NCBI RefSeq assembly: GCF_001194135.2
Contig: NC_068982.1
Span: 144,593,632-144,657,631 of the forward strand
Length of the DNA: 64,000 nucleotides
Reading direction: 5' to 3'
DNA from: Octopus bimaculoides
Lineage: Eukaryota
This document shows positions 61,501 to 64,000 of this stretch, one piece after another. How positions within the stretch are numbered: the first letter of the stretch is position 1; each line of letters starts with the position of its first letter. A model generated the notes under the pieces. That model was not told where the DNA came from. It made no database searches and was given only the letters and a program-made list of their open reading frames with translations. The translations under genes were made by a program, and so were the position numbers.

Positions 61501-62930
61501 TAGATTACTATGTATTGATAGTTTTTATTTTAATTGAGTATCCTTTTCTATTGCCATCATCGTTAATCTTACGTTCATTTTTCTGTGCCAGTGTTAGTTG
61601 TGTATTGGTTCATAATACGGCTGCATTTCACACTTATTGGTTCTAGTTCTAGTTCCTGTAAGGTTCAATGTTCTGAAATTTGATCAGACTGTTTCTCTCT
61701 AGGAATTACTGATGTAGAATAATTTCTACAATCAGCACCTTCTAACACCAATTCCTTTTGTGATTTCTCTGTTAGCAACCTTCATTCACAATACATACTC
61801 TAATATTCTTAAACCAATACAGTCATTTCTCTGACATACATTTTATGATAGCGCTAATATCCTCCAGTCACTTATTCTCTTTAGTTGTCTTTGATAGATA
61901 AGCATTACTCATCGGTTTCTTAAGGCTTTGTCACAAGAGAAAAAGCTATGGCCATGATCCTTTTTAGGATGAGAAGAAGAAAGTTATCCTCAGACTGGAT
62001 ATTTGGCTAGAATACTTGCAACAGAGTGAACGCTAATAAATACATGGAAGAGCCAAGTGGTTGTATTAACCCTTTTGATACGAAAACCACCACTGTTTTA
62101 ATAGTACAATTCCATTTTAAAGTGATCTAAATTAAAACCTTCTTTCAAAATTCCATGTTAGATTATGTTCCAAACACCAGCTTAATAATGACAAAGAGAT
62201 AGTCTACTAAATTCTTCATTATTTTCAAAATTAATCAAAGCAAAAGCAGTGTATTTCAACAGAAATATGGTAATAAGAGGGTTAAACCTGGTGGTAGATT
62301 AAGTCAAAAACAGGAAGAAATTCTCTGACAGACTTCCACACAATGTTGAGCAAAGTCTACATAAATGGCTTTCATTAACTAGAGGCTAAGGTAGAAGATG
62401 CTTCAAAGTGCCTTAGAGTAGGATTGAATCCAAAAGTATGTAGCTGAAAGCAGACTTCTTAATCACATAACCATGCCTGTATCTATAGTTAGATTATATA
62501 CATCTTGTTCTTTTCCAATTACTTAAGATTCTTTGCATTCATGGCTCGAAATCATTCAGACAATGTCATAACCTAAATTTCTCCTTTAAATATTTAAAAA
62601 GAAATTTTAAATGCTTCATACAATCAGTTGACCCTTTTCATGGTGATAATATCTTGTTTCCAGCAAAGTTAGAAATTCATGAAAATTGTTTCCTCCCTTA
62701 ACTGTAACTCTCTTAACCATTACTCAATCCAACCCCAACAGAATGTAATTAATTTCATGACCCACCTTTGGATGCTGTGTGTTGAGTTAACATGAGAAAT
62801 TGTTGGGTCTTCTGTATAGTTGAATTTGTCAGTTTGCTTCATAATACTACCATCAATAATGACTATTAGACTGCCTTGAACTGGATAATCAACTGATGGT
62901 GTTTTGGCAATGATTTCAGTATCTGTTCGT
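33774..62930 (-). CDS. MET: MET/RON (HGF-receptor family) receptor tyrosine kinase, 12 exons in window (IPT repeats, TM, kinase, tail); 5' exons lie beyond 64000
   Basis: Exons 62766-62930, 60465-60567, 56620-56871, 54572-54733, 48515-48773, 43520-43678, 42402-42485, 41404-41588, 39911-40020, 37898-38060, 34690-34826 and 33774-33960 all have GT-AG ends and compatible phases, summing to 1966 nt (1 nt plus 655 codons including stop). MET-type motifs: [65 protein letters not shown]. Probably co-orthologous to vertebrate MET and MST1R. Confidence 0.92.
34165..34270 (+). ncRNA. Type I hammerhead ribozyme with long stem II, antisense in the last MET-like intron
   Basis: ATCAC-CTGATGA-GATACTTCTGCA...TGCAGGA-T-GTGTT-GAAAT-GGTT-GTT-GTGAT: perfect 5-bp stem I, intact core, 12-bp stem II (3 G-U pairs, 1 bulge), GUU triplet, followed by AATAAA. 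Confidence 0.62.
34690..34826 (-). CDS. MET: MET-like exon (kinase C-lobe)
   Basis: TTTCAG acceptor; [45 protein letters not shown](T); AC|GTAAGT donor; 137 nt; absent from the ORF track in this frame. Confidence 0.95.
34960..36197 (-). mobile_element. Near full-length decayed mariner (about 1.24 kb) in a MET-like intron
   Basis: Imperfect TIRs (G.CTGAAAAGTT.ATAG..TGA) at both ends; minus frame VLFHQENAP...[17 protein letters not shown] (mariner DNA-P-H/YSPDLAPSD region), with the catalytic Asp residues altered. Confidence 0.85.
37325..37545 (+). mobile_element. SINE family A copy
   Basis: Same head, Meta-like block and tail. Confidence 0.8.
37898..38060 (-). CDS. MET: MET-like exon (DFG and activation loop)
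   Basis: TTTTAG acceptor; [43 protein letters not shown]...KTDV; |GTAAGT donor; 163 nt. Confidence 0.96.
38283..38725. mobile_element. Two RTE 3' fragments in opposite orientations
   Basis: Plus-strand units at 38283-38425 abut a minus-strand copy at 38440-38725 matching 2570-2930. Confidence 0.7.
39911..40020 (-). CDS. MET: MET-like exon (catalytic loop)
   Basis: CTCCAG acceptor; [11 protein letters not shown]...[11 protein letters not shown](M); AT|GTAAGT donor; 110 nt. Confidence 0.95.
41404..41588 (-). CDS. MET: MET-like exon (alphaC helix and hinge)
   Basis: TTGTAG acceptor; (K)[21 protein letters not shown]...[20 protein letters not shown]; |GTAAGC donor; 185 nt. Confidence 0.95.
42402..42485 (-). 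CDS. MET: MET-like exon (Gly loop and VAVK lysine)
   Basis: TTTCAG acceptor; (G)[27 protein letters not shown](K); A|GTAAGT donor; 84 nt. Confidence 0.93.
43520..43678 (-). CDS. MET: MET-like exon (juxtamembrane to kinase start)
   Basis: TTCTAG acceptor; (E)YTERQDSPG...[16 protein letters not shown](G); G|GTAATT donor; 159 nt. Confidence 0.88.
43852..44256. mobile_element. Tc1-type MITE carrying a nested SINE B fragment (about 44008-44200, minus)
   Basis: Same TIRs as 13696-13910; a SINE 3' half interrupts the internal region. Confidence 0.85.
44824..44963. repeat. 140-bp fold-back, MITE-like
   Basis: Perfect 23-bp TIR TTCTTTTTAGGAACAGTGAATCT plus an inner AGCATGTAAAT/ATTTACATGCT pair. Confidence 0.75.
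45591..45666. repeat. 76-bp near-perfect palindrome
   Basis: 38-bp arms, 2 mismatches, no spacer. Confidence 0.9.
45861..46225 (-). mobile_element. RTE 3'UTR copy (about 3 units) with adjoining RTE sequence
   Basis: Reverse complement of tail and units, ending in GCCGGGTCTTCTC like 2815-2830. Confidence 0.85.
47045..47640 (-). mobile_element. Penelope-like element RT C-terminus/GIY-YIG fragment
   Basis: [16 protein letters not shown]...[12 protein letters not shown]...VKVLSAH..D...R (YIGET..R..EH..S.L..H pattern), decayed. Confidence 0.7.
48515..48773 (-). CDS. MET: MET-like exon (transmembrane and juxtamembrane)
   Basis: TCTCAG acceptor; VNIGYLSY...[26 protein letters not shown]...PTTTN(E); G|GTGAGT donor; 259 nt. 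Confidence 0.92.
49308..49470 (-). mobile_element. RTE tail copy inside a 70-bp inverted repeat
   Basis: Tail reverse complement flanked by IR arms 49244-49316 and 49471-49540. Confidence 0.8.
49695..50245 (+). mobile_element. Tandem SINE family A copies
   Basis: Copies at about 49695-49920 and 50018-50245 with a duplicated tail between them. Confidence 0.8.
50721..51099 (+). mobile_element. Full-length tRNA-derived SINE family B (CORE-like central block)
   Basis: Head TGGCTGTGTGG (A box)...GAGTTCAGTCCC (B box), GCACCTTGGGCAAGTGTCTT, internal (TA/TG)n and tail GAAACAAGTAAAAGAG. Confidence 0.88.
51493..51841. repeat. 349-bp fold-back with 151-bp arms, containing a tRNA(CAT)-like sequence
   Basis: Arms 51493-51643 and 51691-51841 differ at about 8 positions; tRNA-like fold at 51672-51744. 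Confidence 0.9.
53243..53475 (-). mobile_element. RTE tail copy (1 unit)
   Basis: Reverse complement of the tail plus one unit. Confidence 0.85.
53795..54555 (+). mobile_element. SINE B interrupted by a mariner MITE (53967-54178) and a hAT MITE (54290-54485)
   Basis: SINE blocks resume after each insert. hAT TIR CAGTGGTTCCCAACC/GGTTGGGAACCACTG with 8-bp TSD GACTAAGC/GACTAAAC. Confidence 0.85.
54572..54733 (-). CDS. MET: MET-like exon (last IPT domain)
   Basis: TTCCAG acceptor; [11 protein letters not shown]...IPCKIT...IKCVP...KLKVK; AAG|GTAACT donor; 162 nt. Confidence 0.85.
56161..56542 (-). mobile_element. Full-length tRNA-derived SINE family C
   Basis: Minus head GTGGAGGCACAATGGCCCAGTGGTTAGGGCAGC...GGTTTCGATTCCC (A and B boxes), ending about 80 bp from the 56620 donor. 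Confidence 0.88.
56620..56871 (-). CDS. MET: MET-like exon (IPT domain)
   Basis: CTTAAG acceptor; [16 protein letters not shown]...[10 protein letters not shown]...EVEIK; AAG|GTAAGA donor; 252 nt. Confidence 0.85.
57351..57586 (+). mobile_element. Young SINE family A copy (CpGs intact)
   Basis: GGCGGCGAGCTGGC...GAGTTCAAATTCCGCCGAGGTCGACTTTGCCTTTCATCCTTTCGGGGTCGATAAATTAAGTACCAG. Confidence 0.88.
59871..60074. repeat. 204-bp fold-back, MITE-like
   Basis: Arms of about 89 bp (59871-59959 and 59986-60074), starting CTAGGAAGAG and ending CTCTTCCTAG. Confidence 0.85.
60465..60567 (-). CDS. MET: MET-like exon (IPT domain)
   Basis: TTCTAG acceptor; (S)[34 protein letters not shown]; GAG|GTAAGA donor; 103 nt. 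Confidence 0.88.
61051..61393 (-). mobile_element. SINE family B copy
   Basis: Reverse complement of 50721-51099. Confidence 0.85.
62766..62930 (-). CDS. MET: MET-like exon (IPT domain)
   Basis: TTTCAG acceptor; [11 protein letters not shown]...[21 protein letters not shown](S); AG|GTGGGT donor; 165 nt, phase 2 at both ends. Confidence 0.85.
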
Positions 62931-63486
62931 CTGAAAGCAAATGAAAATACACAATTATATGAACTTGCTTTAAACTCATTCCAGGTAGTATTTTTCTGCT
63001 AAATTAGAAGTAAATGCACAGGTTACAATCATGAAACCAAAGTTTTGTTTGTTGTCAAATACAGACTCGGCGTCTTTAGCTTCACATTCAAAGTTACAAA
63101 AAGAAAATATATCATTCTATGAACACATGTAACATGTACAGCATTTTTGATGTCCACAAGTTGGTTTAAGTTGTGTGCATGTGTCTACATGTGTTTTGTG
63201 TGTGTATATGAGTTTGCCTACTACACTGTTTGTACTTGTATCTTATATTTAGTTTTTTATTTATTCGTTTATTTACTTATATAAAAAACAAATAAAATAA
63301 CTAAATAGAAGACATGGGTACAAATAATGTAGCAAGCAAACAAACACACACACACACAAATACAAATGTGTGATGAAAGAGCTTTGACTAAGAAACAAAA
63401 ATAATAATAAAGCTGAAGCAATGACCAAACATATCGTGTGTGTTATTTACATTTAATGGATATTTGTCCTCATCTTGCTTGTTGTT

Positions 63487-63522
63487 AACGTTTCGGCTGA
63501 TATACCCTCCAGCCTTCATCAG
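63487..63522 (-). ncRNA. Second copy of the minimal hammerhead (core and stem II intact, stem I decayed)
   Basis: CUGAUGA-A-GGCUG-GAGGGUAUAU-CAGCC-GAAAC-GUU; the 5-nt GUGUU arm is deleted and the 5' arm mutated. Confidence 0.6.
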
Positions 63523-63759
63523 ATTTCTTAGGGAAATTTAGAACCTGGATTCTCATTCCTAAGGTGTTTTTCAATATTATTATTATTATTATTCAATTCA
63601 CTGCCTGGAATTGAACTTGGAATCTTGGGGTTAGTAGCCCGTGCTCTTAACCACTATGCCATATGCCTGTGTTTTTTTTTTTTTTTTTTTTTTAAGAGAT
63701 GAGAAATTATTTACATTATTTACATTTGATGGATATGTGTCTTCATCTTGTTTGTTGTT

Positions 63760-63805
63760 AACACAACGTTTCAGCTGATATACCCTCCAGCCTTCTTCAG
63801 GTGTC
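63760..63805 (-). ncRNA. Minimal type I hammerhead ribozyme (dimer type, Penelope-associated)
   Basis: Minus strand GACAC-CUGAAGA-A-GGCUG-GAGGGUAUAU-CAGCU-GAAAC-GUU-GUGUU: stem I GACAC/GUGUU, intact core, 5-bp stem II, palindromic AACGUU stem III and GUU triplet. Confidence 0.75.
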
Positions 63806-64000
63806 TTTAGAGTTGAACACATCACAGCAAGACAATGAGAATAACTTCATGTAGTTGTTTGACATGCTAAATGTCTTCCCTTAAATTTAACCCTACTTTC
63901 TGGTGGCAGGTAGTATTGTATTTACTTAATGGAATAACAATCCTACTAGAAATTCTGGGCTCAGCTGGTTCCAGTTGACAGCATCCAGTCCTAGGCCCCT

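Larger units (their letters stand above)
63443..63810 (-). mobile_element. Partial-tandem element: hammerhead repeat, poly(A), tRNA-like head, (AAT)n, hammerhead repeat (Penelope-dependent SINE/retrozyme-like)
   Basis: Direct repeats of about 90 nt at 63443-63530 and 63716-63810, each with a hammerhead. Between them lies a tRNA-like head (A box TGGCATAGTGG 63651-61, B box AGTTCAATTCC 63607-17). Confidence 0.65.

Noticed and set aside
63601-63671. Functional tRNA gene
   Set aside because: A and B boxes are present but there is no proper acceptor stem; it is a SINE-type head.

Overview
AT-rich, repeat-dense animal genomic DNA with eight N-gaps, most abutting (TA)n tracts. It is very probably Octopus (inferred from repeat families and gene architecture; species not determinable). 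Three genes are supported. (1) The first coding exon of TUSC2/FUS1 (minus, 6990-7132; too short for the ORF track; remaining exons lie left of the window). (2) A TRPT1/Tpt1 tRNA 2'-phosphotransferase with an intronless CDS (plus, 15356-16204). (3) Twelve GT-AG exons of a MET/RON-family receptor tyrosine kinase (minus, 62930 to 33774; IPT domains, TM helix, intact kinase, 654 aa in window; the 5' part lies right of the window). The rest is transposable-element debris: RTE, CR1/L2, R4/Dong, CRE and Penelope-like retroelements, three tRNA-derived SINE families, mariner/Tc1/hAT elements and MITEs, a probable Helitron and a candidate solo LTR. The most interesting unannotated signal is a set of type I hammerhead-ribozyme folds. 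These include a tandem pair of minimal dimer-type hammerheads flanking a tRNA-like Pol III head (a retrozyme/SINE-like unit) on the sense strand of a MET-like intron, and two hammerheads with very long stem II. Several long intronic fold-backs are also present. All structures were read by eye; nothing was computed or searched.
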